A stretch of 64,000 bases of DNA from Oculina patagonica. Taxonomy: Eukaryota. Where the stretch lies: contig NC_135759.1 in NCBI RefSeq assembly GCF_052425735.1, positions 29,078,001-29,142,000 on the forward strand. The letters run 5' to 3'. A program made the translations under genes and the position numbers. Positions 49,549-60,772 of this stretch are shown in pieces (position 1 is the stretch's first letter; every line of letters begins with the position of its first letter). Below the pieces are notes generated by a model. It was given only the letters and a program-made list of their open reading frames with translations, was not told the origin of the DNA and searched no databases.

Positions 49549-52035
49549 AAGAAGAAGAAAGGTATTCAAGGAAATAAACGGGACCGCATTCATCAAGTAA
49601 AATACTTAGCCCAGAAGCAAAAATAACGATGAATGCGGACCTAACCGGGTTTGGCACGGGTTTCAAAATGCTAGATAAACACAACGATAAATCTGGTGAA
49701 GTTATCATTTGACAAAGGAACAGCAACATTTACCAGTAATCAGTAAGTAACCACTATAGTGCACGTTTTTTTTCTCGTATCGTTAAATGTAGTATACTCT
49801 TTTGAAAGATAGCAACAGAGCTTTTATTTGAGGAATTTCGAAATCCGTCACGGTAACCCTGCTGATAGGTCCACCTCAGTTTTACGGCCGTCTTACTGCC
49901 ATATATATACTTTTTTCCTCACTGCGAAATTAGGCAAGCGATGTGTTTGCAACGAATAATGATACAGAACTGAAGTTTTTCTTCAAAACAAGAACAAATT
50001 TTCAGTAAACAACCACGTCATTAATAAATACTTAAAGTGAACTCAGACCGAACCGACCGAACCACTTTAAATTAAAAAGGTCGTTCCACGTACGCATGCA
50101 AGACTGCACGAAGCTTTGAAACTTCTAAAGGTGAACATTGGCCGGATTATATAAAGCATTGTTGATTTTACTGAGTAATCTTAGACAGCCAAACTCTTTT
50201 CTTTGTACCCGGACCCCAAGCCAATTATATTTGTCAAACCAAGCCCTCCCGCACAGCCCAAAAAGCACCTTAATAACCTTTCAGTTGCCTAAAATAACAG
50301 ATGTTGGAGTTAACAATAACAAGATACTGTTGTTTTGAAGACAATTTTGATACACAGTGATATGGCCTACCTGGTGCTCGGCGTAGAAGGCTCTTTTCGT
50401 CAAGCAAAGTGCAGTTCCATCTATTCCACTGAAATTCTCGTTCGCATTCTTGTAATCCTTTCTCAATTCCTTTCTTTATTGCAGTCTGAAGTCCAGGGAC
50501 TCTAAGACAAAGCTTTCTTTGACTTGGAGAGAGTCCTGGCGCTTTCTGGCACCACAGCTTAGGGCGAGATGACCTCTTTGCTGTGCAACTGTGAATAGGA
50601 AAAATTAAAGAACATGCGCGCTAGTTAGTAACATATTCGTGATTAAAGAAGCAAGTGGGTAGCTTAACCAACGCTCTCCGCACTCTGTTGGCCTAGGTAT
50701 CTCCTATCTTCAATTATTAAGAACCGCCAACCTGAAATTTCCTCATCACAATGAAGACACTTTCATCCGTCATCTTATTTTTGCTCCGACTAAGAGTTAA
50801 ATCAACTAACTTTCGATACTTTCGAAATGTCAGCTTTTCAAACTCATTACACGTTTTTCCATAGTTAATTTACCTTTATTAACTCATTTCTAGCTTACAA
50901 TTAGATAATTTTAATATCAGGGTTAGATTCAGTAGGAAAATACGTTTAAAAATGCATTCACATCTAAAGCACAAATTTAACCCCCAGAATGCAAGACTTT
51001 TTCAAAAGTCTAAAAACATGATTATATTTCTGTCGACGGAATTCACTTGAATGCGATATCCTGCTGTCCGAGTGCGCACAGACTTTGGGTCTCACGCTGG
51101 TTTGTTTATGACGAACCTCGACGATTAATATTTCGAGCTACTCTTGTAAACATTATCATAATGGAGTATGGACTAAATATATCTTTATTAATTACCGGAG
51201 TTGTAAATGGACATTGCCTTCTCTAGGCCAATACGTTGACCTGTTAATAATGTAATTAATGAGTCGACGAAATCTTATGTCTCGATATGCTTAGGTCAAG
51301 CATATATAGATTTTTAAACAAATTATCACTATTTGATTATCTTCCCCTTTCGTACGAATTTTGAAACAGCGTTGACAAGTTCGACCGAATTAATTTGTCA
51401 TTCCATCATACGCCTCACGCTCACACTACCTATCTCGCTTTTTGCGTTTCATTTTGTCATGAAAGGAGGCACTTTGCAAACAGCTGTTTTTTATTAAAAC
51501 TCATCTTACTGGAGACAAAGGCACGACGAAGGCCTTTCGGAAGATTAGAGGCTAAGTAAGTAAATCATTCGTATGTTTATTTGTCTGTAATGCTAAGTTG
51601 CTTCAGACATGATGCCTAAAATGCCATTTTCTAAAATTCATCAAGAAAGCAAAGGGTAACAAGTCTCATAAACGATGACAAGTTGGATCTCAACAGTGGC
51701 ACGCTGGGAAAGACAAGCATTTCTTGATGTTCAATACTAGATTTTGCTACACAGTTTTAATCAGCTTCGATTAGTGGTGAAGAGAATAGTTATTAAAGTT
51801 GACTTAATTTTGCGAAATCCGGAAAGACCGTGCTCTCCTTGCAGTTCAATTGGCCACTAAAAAATGTCTTGAGTGAATTTCTAATTAAAATCTTAATGGG
51901 TGTAAATCGTTTTAAGTCTTCACGTCATTCTGCAAATGAAATACAGCTTTCACTCAGCTACCACTCCAGTCAAAGTTGAACTACTCACCTCAAAAACAAA
52001 ATTACAAAAGAGATCACTTCTGTGAACAACTTCAT
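46581..52035 (-). CDS. Divergent Wnt-family protein (337 aa, 4 exons)
   Basis: Exons 52035-51989, 50588-50371, 48224-47956 and 47060-46581; all introns GT-AG, phases 2/1/0, frame open throughout. Signal peptide MKLFTEVISFVILFLSCTA. Wnt motifs ECEREFQWNRWNC, GTKEAAF, WKWRGCSENV, YLNQSPSYC, GTRGRRC, MCCGRGY. Subfamily not assignable by eye. Confidence 0.93.
47371..47560. mobile_element. Palindromic MITE in Wnt intron 3
   Basis: Long inverted arms caattgcccataat..aaattttgcataaactattgtttt / aaaacaatagtttatgcaaaattt..attatgggcaattg. Confidence 0.8.
48440..48790 (+). mobile_element. Degenerate non-LTR retrotransposon ORF2 C-terminal zinc-knuckle fragment (RTEX-like) in Wnt intron 2
   Basis: Translates with a stop and a frameshift as RLETGR*DKIPRNKRLCNVYNCNKIE/DETYFLLDCQSYSPIRDIF. 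Confidence 0.7.
49400..49560. repeat. Compound (CAG)/(CAA)/(CGA) low-complexity microsatellite
   Basis: Direct reading. Confidence 0.85.
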
Positions 52036-54215
52036 CGTGGCTCTACAAGCGCGTAGTTTTGTCACCTTTTCAACGCAGTCGTTTTCAAGACCGAGGGACA
52101 CAGATCGTATATCGTAACACTGATCCGCTACTGCAGTGAGTATCACTAACCTGTTTTGGGAAACAAGAGTCTTTTACACAGCTTGAGAAACAGAAAATTT
52201 GAATTCCATGGCTTTTTAAAGAATGTTTCGAATTCCGTGTCGTATTTTTCTCATGGCGGAATAAGTAGAACGACTTACGATTCTAACAATACAACCTTGT
52301 CTAAAGCAGTCTTTTCCCTCGGAATTAACTGTCAAGTTGGCTGCACTTGGGCCATGGCGCCATTGCTTTACACCTGATCAGCGTTTGTCAGTTCCCAGAC
52401 AGAGCTCAAAGTTAAGCAGATATAATGTCTTTTTTCGGATTACACGGCACGCCGAAGAAAGCTCGATTTTACCCAGACAAATCCTTATTTAATTATATTT
52501 CTACAAAGGCAGTTCATTTGTTAAATTGACCTCAGTAACCATACCTTAGACACGGCACTCAAGACGATAATCTTGTATGCACGGATAACACCTTAAAACA
52601 TCTTGTCCACGAAGTTTTCTTTTCCTGTTGCTGGCCGTGACTGTACATTTTTTTTTTAGTATTTTGGTTCGCTTCGCTGTCATTGTAATTGATCATTGTC
52701 ATTAATTGTCATTTCCATTGTAATTAGTTTTAGCTTGTTACAAGAGAGGATATATCCTCTCTTGCTTGTTACAATTTCCTAAAATAAAATGATACTTTTC
52801 TCCAGACTGTTAAACTAGAAAAAACACCCTTTCTTTGATTAATATAGCAGTAAGTTGTATTGCTCCCGCCCCCTTCCCTCTCATACCTCATACTGTTGGA
52901 CCCCTTTGGGAAAAATCACGAGGAAACAAGTATATAAGTAACGCCAAAGTCTTTTGAAGCATAATAAAAATCTCACTACATAAGCAAAAAAAATTGCAAA
53001 ACATTTCTTTTTTACTTTTAGTTTGGGGATGTGGAGTGTGCAATATTTAGTCAAGGGTGGGAATAACCCTCGCTAAGTAATGGAGATTATGTCTGTGTTT
53101 CGTTTGGAAACACGATAAACCATAGGATAATGAATAACGATTACAAAAACATTGACTACGTGATGTTGACTCAAAATTTTTATCATGCGGATAATCCCTT
53201 ATTTCCTTAATAGGACTTAATATATAAGGTCTGAACAAGATGTAATGTCTAGAATTTAACAAAGCGATAATGTTTATATAATGGTTTTATTTCTCCTTAA
53301 TAAATCGAACGTGATGACAATTCATAATTAAAAAAACGAAAGATCAGGGATACTCAGCCTTTCATCCCTTTTATTTGGAGATCCACGTGAGAACCTGACC
53401 TTTCTGTTGCTGCTGTTGTTATTGGTGGTGTTTTTACAATCTTTATTGTTGTTGGTACGCACTTGCAGTTAAATCCAATTACACGATCGCGGCTCCTCTG
53501 TAACTGGATGGCTGACATTCAGGAAGTAAAAAACGGAGATAGACTTTTTTGAACTAACTTAGAACTTTAACCAGAAGTAGGCGAGTGGTAAAGAACTAAA
53601 TCTGGACCTAAGTTTTCAATGGACGCATTCTAAGACTCCTTCTGTCTGTGGCGTCAATGCATTCCTTGCCTAAGCATATATCAGATCAGAATACCAGACA
53701 AATAAACAGTTTAGTTTGTAATCAACTTCTACAGGTCTTGATAATATCCAGGTCTAATATTGTTTTCTTTGAACAAAGACCCGTATTCTTGTTTTAGTGG
53801 AAACGTATCACAACATACCATTTTGCGGAGTTTCCTAGAGCCGCTATTCTTGCCCTCACATGCGCAATTAAGAGTAATGCACTGGGTTCCTAGTAAGCTC
53901 AAACAATGTCACTCGTGTTTTTTCACACTAGTAGGCAGATTTTTTTGATGGTAGGAAGTAGTTGTAATAAAATACCAGTTATTTTGACTAACACTATTTA
54001 TTCAGGTCCAAGTTCTCCCTGCTTCAAGTTGTCATCAAGAAAATAGAAGTTTTTATCTACATGTCTAATACTCAGACTACTGACAATTTTAAATAAATAG
54101 TTCTTAAAATATACTCTACTATGTTAAACTTTTTGTTGCTAACTTAGGTTTCATGGTTTATTCAGCTTATCTATCAGCTGTACGCACGGCTAACATTGAA
54201 CAAAGGTAAAAATGC

Positions 54216-54608
54216 CCCGGGGGGGGGGGGGACCCATATAACGGCCATACGGGGAGGCCCGCCCGAAAGGGGCACCTTTTTCATGCTTCAGGTATATAAA
54301 AGGGTAGCGATTTCAAAGTTTAGGAATGAAAGGGTATGAAAATCCGTCATTTAGGTTTTTAAAAGGCCTGTAATAAAATATTTCGAACAGACGCACTTTA
54401 TGGCTGTCTTATTTAATTTATTAAGCGCTACATAAAAATGAGAAGAAAACGTCCTGTTCTAAGGCTATGTCACGTCTTTAGGTAGAAAGGGGTACCCGGA
54501 AAAGGAAGAAAGGGGACAATTCTGTCAAAATGGTATATAAAAGGGTAAGGGGAAGAGCGGGGCGGAGCCTCCCCGTATAAAATTTTTTGAGTGCCCCCCC
54601 CCCCCGGG
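54216..54608. mobile_element. Non-autonomous DNA element with CCCGGG+poly-G/C termini
   Basis: Inverted ends (cccggggg..atacggggaggc / gcctccccgtat..cccccggg), aaaatgc near both flanks; a second partial copy at 62603-62772. Confidence 0.75.
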
Positions 54609-54664
54609 GGGAAAATGCATGGGCGGTCTCATAATGGCTGCCATAATGAGACACTACAAGGCTA

Positions 54665-55636
54665 CTATGGCCGCGAGCGCCCGCTCAGCCTGGTAAGACT
54701 AACTCCTCTAACAGTAGCTAATACCTCGTTTTGGCATTTAAACAACCTTCTCAGTTCCGCCCGAAAATCCATCTTGAGCAGAGCGTACACAATAAAATTA
54801 ACAGCACAGTTTACATGAACCATAAGCAAGGAGGCGATGCGCACATTAGCAGATGCAGAACACAGCCTAAAATTTGAACAAAAAGATACGTATATGCTGA
54901 TAAAATAGCAAGCTACAAACAGTGAAATAACTGCCCCTAGAATTTTGGCAGATACTCGTGCCCGTTCGTTTCTGTTTTTCATACGATGAGTAGTGTTAAA
55001 TGATAGCTGTGCTCTTTGAGATGCGACGTGTCGAGAATGCTTACCTATTATTGCCAGAATTCTTACGTAAATTACCGCGAGTAGAAGGCAAGAAAATATG
55101 CCAAACCATAAATCTATTAAGATCCGGTAATAGATATCTACTTTGGCCCTTAAATTCTTATCATATAGCCATAACAGACGAATTGATGAAGCGAGCAGTG
55201 AGGTAATCCACGGTAATGATATTATGATTATTGTTCGCTTGGTTGTCATTCGGTCAATGTATCTCAAAGGGCATACGATGGCATTATAGCGGTCGTAAGC
55301 CATTGCCCACAAGTTTAAAGTAGATGCAAATAGCAAAAAGTTATAGAAGACAAGTTGCGGGCGCCAGTCGCACCTTACCCAGTAGGAACAGGCTAATCCA
55401 GTTGGTGTGACCAACAACCCGACACAGAAGTCTGATATGGCGAGAGATATGATGAACCAGTTGCAAGTCACCTGGAGACTCTTCCTTGCCGTAATTAGGA
55501 AAATAACAAATCCGTTGCCTAAGACGGTGATTACGGAGATGATTATTCTTAAAGACCAGTACCATGTTATCTGAGGTTCTAGTGAATAATGCTTTCGCAT
55601 TGAATGATCGATCTTTACCTCTGTTGTATTATTCAT
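54665..55636 (-). CDS. Orphan class A GPCR, intronless CDS
   Basis: MNNTT; GN, LAISD, DRY, NCAVNFIVY, LKMDFRAEL. Confidence 0.95.
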   Translation of the reverse strand: MNNTTEVKIDHSMRKHYSLEPQITWYWSLRIIISVITVLGNGFVIFLITARKSLQVTCNWFIISLAISDFCVGLLVTPTGLACSYWVRCDWRPQLVFYNFLLFASTLNLWAMAYDRYNAIVCPLRYIDRMTTKRTIIIISLPWITSLLASSIRLLWLYDKNLRAKVDIYYRILIDLWFGIFSCLLLAVIYVRILAIIGKHSRHVASQRAQLSFNTTHRMKNRNERARVSAKILGAVISLFVACYFISIYVSFCSNFRLCSASANVRIASLLMVHVNCAVNFIVYALLKMDFRAELRRLFKCQNEVLATVRGVSLTRLSGRSRP

Positions 55637-57135
55637 CGCACTTCAGGTTGTTACGCACCAATTCAACACGTTCCTGTTGTTGATTTTCCAGATACCTCAC
55701 ATAACCATTTCTTCTTCCCTTTTTACCGTTTTCTTTTTTTCCTTGAATAGCTTTTTTGTAGTTATATGATTTTATAGGTTTTGCCAACCATCAAAGGCGA
55801 ACAACAATGATTCGTACTCTGATATAAAATTTCCTTAAGGAAGAAGCTGGCCTCAGTGAAACAAATAAATCCAAGAGAATAGAACTGATTGATCGGTCGT
55901 CGTCCTTTTCTATCCTTTCAGGTCTGTCGCCTCCTGCAGCTCTTGTCAGCCTCGAGTTTTCCAGAGAAAATCTTTCTATTCGAGAAATTAACGATAATTT
56001 CTGTGCGTAAATAAAATCGAATCCTCATTTAAACTATTGTGCAAGCTTGTTAATTTTAATGCGTTTTTCCCTACCTGATCAGTTTGGGTCGTCTGCAGTC
56101 GCCTTTACCAAGAACAAAATTGTAAGACTCAGACGTTTCAGCGCCTCGATTAGTTTTAAAGCGCGCGGCAACTTCCTTTTTTTAACTAACTCGTCGACCA
56201 CAAATCAGGCACTAACTGAGCGATCGTGCAGCAGAGTTCCTCTTTTGAAATAAGTTTATGATAATTTGCATTAAGGTGAACAAAGTAATACGACACTGAT
56301 ATAAAATGTTTACTTTTGGGCAAATTGCGTCAATGAATAAAAAGCTGATTCAAGAGTAAAAAAGGGTCCTTGGGAAAAAAATAAAAACAACTTCGATAAC
56401 ACATTGATAATTGAAAAATCTCCTATCTTGTCATAGGAAGTAACAGTAGTCACTTTAACTTATCTTTAAATTGGTCGCACTGAAAGGAAAAAATAAACAC
56501 ATTATTTCATGTCGAAGAGCTGAGTACGTGGATACAGTGTGGCAGCAGTTATTTGCGTTTTGAAGAAGGTGTCATGCGGGTATCTAGAACACGTCAGTTA
56601 AAGGCGTCGGTCCTTATTTAGCATATATTTGAAATGACTTGTAGAACTAATATACCATGTTTACGTTCGGGCACTAAAATAAATTTAATTGAAAATTTTC
56701 CTTTAAATAGCGAAAAAGTAATTAAGCGAAGGCAAAATAACAATTTAAAAAGGAGGAAATGAAAAATTTAAATCAATGGAGCTGATCGCTATCCTCTATC
56801 TAGACTACGTGCAGTACCTATTTTTCGCAGAGTTTTTCGTTTTTCGCGGAGTCCCGTCGAGTGAAAAGCGAAAAAATAAATGACCGCCCGAAAAATGGGG
56901 ACGAGGCGGGCGAGGCACGCCCGGGAACAGTTTCAGTTTCTAATCTTTTTAACCTCAAGTTTGATATAATGCAGTTATTGGGGAAATACGGAGTAGCAAT
57001 ATCCTCTAGTTGGAAATTTTACACACCTCATCACTTTCTTTATTCCACCGAACTCAAATTTAATATTACTGGAAGGAGAAAATTGATATTGATCACATTC
57101 ATTGCAAACGTAAATTTCACCACACCAGGTCCTTT

Positions 57136-57290
57136 GAGCAGTTTTCAGTCGAGTGACGTAAAACCACAACCAAAAGTAATTACTCTGACCAATCACAGGG
57201 GACACTTACAGCTCAGTCAGTAAACCAATTAAAACTCGAAGTAATTACATGAAGTCGTCACTATTCAAAGCGCGCGAAAACGTGCCCGAG
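57136..57290 (+). mobile_element. Partial copy of the 25394-25675 repeat
   Basis: Shared gagcagttttca..aaagtaattactctg.ccaa..aaaactcgaag..gaaaacgtgc. Confidence 0.75.
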
Positions 57291-58601
57291 TACACTCACA
57301 GTTGGTGAGAGTGTGTGCACTGCACAGGTGTGCTTACAAATAATAACATTGCAGCAGTAATACAAACAGCAAAAAGAACAGCAAAATCAATTTTATTATC
57401 ATTGAGTTCATAAACAACAATAAAAAACAACATCAACAGCTTACAATATGGCAGCAACTGCCACCATCACCACCACCTCCACCACAACAACAACAACAAC
57501 AGTGGTCTTTAATAAAACTAAAAGCTTAAAACTGTCAAAGCCCAAACGCGCAGATTAAGTCACAATGCTATTAGCCTGCAGAGCATTTTTTCTTGTCTGA
57601 GAATGCAAAGGCGCGTGAACATGCGTGGAACTAGACGGAGAGCAAACAAGAAAAAAAGGCAGAGGGAGGGGAGGGGAGCGGGAGGGAACGAGGCAGTCGT
57701 TTGCTTTCCAAAATGAAGCTTGACGCGCTCTCGAAAAAAAAAAAAGTTTTATTTTCGCCTCGCACCCCACGCTTCACGACCATCTCGCGTCCGCGGAAAG
57801 AAATTAAGACGCAGGCTGTATTATTATGCTCTTTCCATATTACGGGAATATTGAAGTTAAATGCAGGCGCATTATAGTTTATCAGTACATCAAATCTCTA
57901 TGGTACACTGCAACAACTAAATAAAGTACTTTTATAAAGACTACTCCAGCAATGTTTACGTTAGAGGTAACAGAAAGTCTTTGACAAACTGTTTATTTTA
58001 GCTGTTGTTATTTTTTGGAAGCAACTGACGTTTTCTTCATTTTCGTTTTCTACTAATGCATCTTTTATTTATGTTTACTTTTCTGTTTATGTTTTTTCTC
58101 TCTTTTTTCCTAGGGCACTTCAATTATCTTTCATCGGTCCCCGCAAGGCTTGATTGAATGACAATAACACAACCGAGATACGTTTTGTCCGGCATGTTTT
58201 AACGATCGCAAAATTAATAATGACTGATCAGGAGGTGGCAAAAGCGGTAAACACTGTTATCTATAGATCAAAAAAGCTGAAATTAAAACTTATTGACTGC
58301 AATTGTAAATTTAACGGAAAAAAGGCTTTTTCCTTAATGACAGTCTATTCCTTCAATTTTCTATTTGAATAGTCTCGACACCTAAAACTATTCATAACAT
58401 ATTTAATTTGGTTGAATACATTTCGCTGCAGCTGTCTGGAGTAATAAGAACATATTTACTTCACGGCGGGTCGTAATATAGTTCTCGTTAAAATTTTCTT
58501 TTTGCTGAACATTTTAAAACGTAAAACATATACCGGTGCCTTTTATTCGTCAGTTTCAGGTGAGTGAACTTGACAGAAATATAACAAGTGCAGTTGGTAA
58601 A

Positions 58602-58997
58602 AGGGACTATGTCACGGGGATTTTGCAGTTTTGTGGTTTAAACTGTTCTAAAAATAAGTGGTCGACAATTTTACCCATGAACAACATTGTCTTAGAACAT
58701 TTAACAGAAGGTATAACCTTAATTTGGGGATAAAAATCAAACTTCAGCTATAAATATCGATTTTTATTTGAAGGCGCACGAAAACAACTTGAAAACCTTG
58801 GCTAACGTTTTTAAATTGCAATCCGGCATTTCTATCCGAGCCATATCCGCAGCCAAACGTGCTTTTAAACAGTTTTAGTGCTCTAAAAACAGCAATTTTC
58901 AATAAAGATTGGACCATTGTTTTTAGGTTTCCTCCGACACAAATATAAATTTGGGCTAGCTGTTCAAAAGTCTGTCCAAACCCGCAACAAAGTCCCT
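58602..58997. mobile_element. Kolobok-like non-autonomous DNA transposon
   Basis: Imperfect TIRs agggactatgtcacg / cgcaacaaagtccct; TTAA on the right flank, TAAA on the left. Confidence 0.6.
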
Positions 58998-60107
58998 TTA
59001 AGTTTGTGTAGGCTGTAGCAGAGTTTTGCATGTAATTTGTATGTTGCCTTTGATAAGGCCCGGATAAGAGAAACCAATTGAAACGATGGCTTTGAATTTT
59101 GTTAGCGATCTCATATTCAAAACCAAGAAGACGACTTAAGCGTCTAGTAACAGGTTTGGCTGAGCTACAATAAATTGAAACGGCATGAAAATCTTTCTTA
59201 ACATTCATATGTTAGCCTCAGTTTAATATGGGACCATATGACTTGTGTTTTTTTTTTTCATTCAAGCCATTTAAAGCCATTTAACAGAGCAACTGTAAAT
59301 ATTCCATTTATTGAGTTTTCCTTTCTGCCGCAATGAGTCGTTTTTCCAGAAGCTCACTCACGTAGCGACAAAACAGGAAAGCTGAAATACTGTTTACTTA
59401 TTTGATCACAGAGTTAAAATGAATAAAAATAGAAAGAATTTCATCGCCAATGATTCGTAAACACAAACGTTTTTCGAATAAAATGATGCATCAATGAATA
59501 CAGCAAAAAGGTAATTACAGATGATGTATGTACACATTTTTGCTATAAAATGCTACGAAAATCTTTGCTCTTATTATTTATACAGTGATTGTGCGCTATA
59601 ATAAATAAAATGTGAACTTTAAGCTACAACATTGGCTAGAAGTACAGCTGAGCTAACATAAAAAATAAGAAGTCAAACAGTTACAAGCATATGACTTGCA
59701 AAAGAATAGGAAAGAGAAATTGCAACTTAAGAATGACATTACTTGGCGATTCATGTAAACGCGGGTGTTCTAATCAAACGTATCATGGCAACATGTTCTA
59801 TTTTGAGCACCTAAAAAAGGTTTACTGGCTGTTAGGTTCCCAGAAAAAAAAAACCGAGAGAGGTAATTTGTTTTGATCTGATCTCCAACATTGTTTCGTT
59901 ATGGTGCTTGCTATTTGTGGGCGTCAACTGTGAAAAATCTACCAATCACATTACAAATTTCAAACTGTATACCTTGTATCACCCTTTTCCCCTTCGTCAA
60001 TGTTTTTAGGCTGTGTGTATTACATGACATTAAATTGGTCAAGTAACAACTTTACAAGAGGGTAGGGGGTCAGAAGCAAAAGAATTGCTTCTTTTTTAAA
60101 TACACCC

Positions 60108-60326
60108 AATAGGCCATTTTACAGTTTCTGCTCAGTGACCTGGCTGATGGAAGTGAGTCTGAAGGTGACCGTGTTTGATACATACCTCACTGCTTTTGTT
60201 TTGTTAATCATGTTTTATGATGCTTATTAGTTTGTATTTACATAATAATGCAGAGAGGTGACATGCAAGGTCACCCCGCCCACACCATCAAAGGCCAGGC
60301 GGCAGCCAACTGTAAAATGGACTATT
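60108..60326. mobile_element. MITE upstream of a GPCR
   Basis: TIRs aataggccattttacagtt / aactgtaaaatggactatt. Confidence 0.75.
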
Positions 60327-60772
60327 GCAATAAAGTTGTCATAGAAAAAATAGGAATTAATTAAGAGCATGCATGAAATTTATTTTTACAAATGACCTCA
60401 AAATGCCTCAAAATACGAATAAATCAATTTATTTTGTTACAGCATGCATAAAAAGGGGGACTAAAAGTTTGCAAATAAAAACTCGTTATAGTTTTCTGTA
60501 AATCCTACTGTGTACCAGGGATGAAAATACGCAAATTGATTGCTATTTAAGGCTTATTTACCTTTTTTCCTCTTTATTTTTTCTATGACAACGTTATTGC
60601 AATTAGGTGTATCTGAACGTATTAACGGAGAAGGTAACGCTTTATGTGTCCAACCATTTTGAAACTGGTAGCTCGTTAACGTACTCATTATTATTCGTTT
60701 ATCACTAACTACTTTTAGATTTCATACTCCTGAATTATTTCCCTGATGAAAAATTGAGATAACTGTGGATCA

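Noticed and set aside
49384-49729. Poly-Leu, poly-Val and Cys-rich ORFs
   Set aside because: Microsatellite translations inside Wnt intron 2; the Wnt exons join in frame without them.
58744-59208. 154-aa ORF
   Set aside because: It crosses the end of a Kolobok-like element and shows no protein motif.
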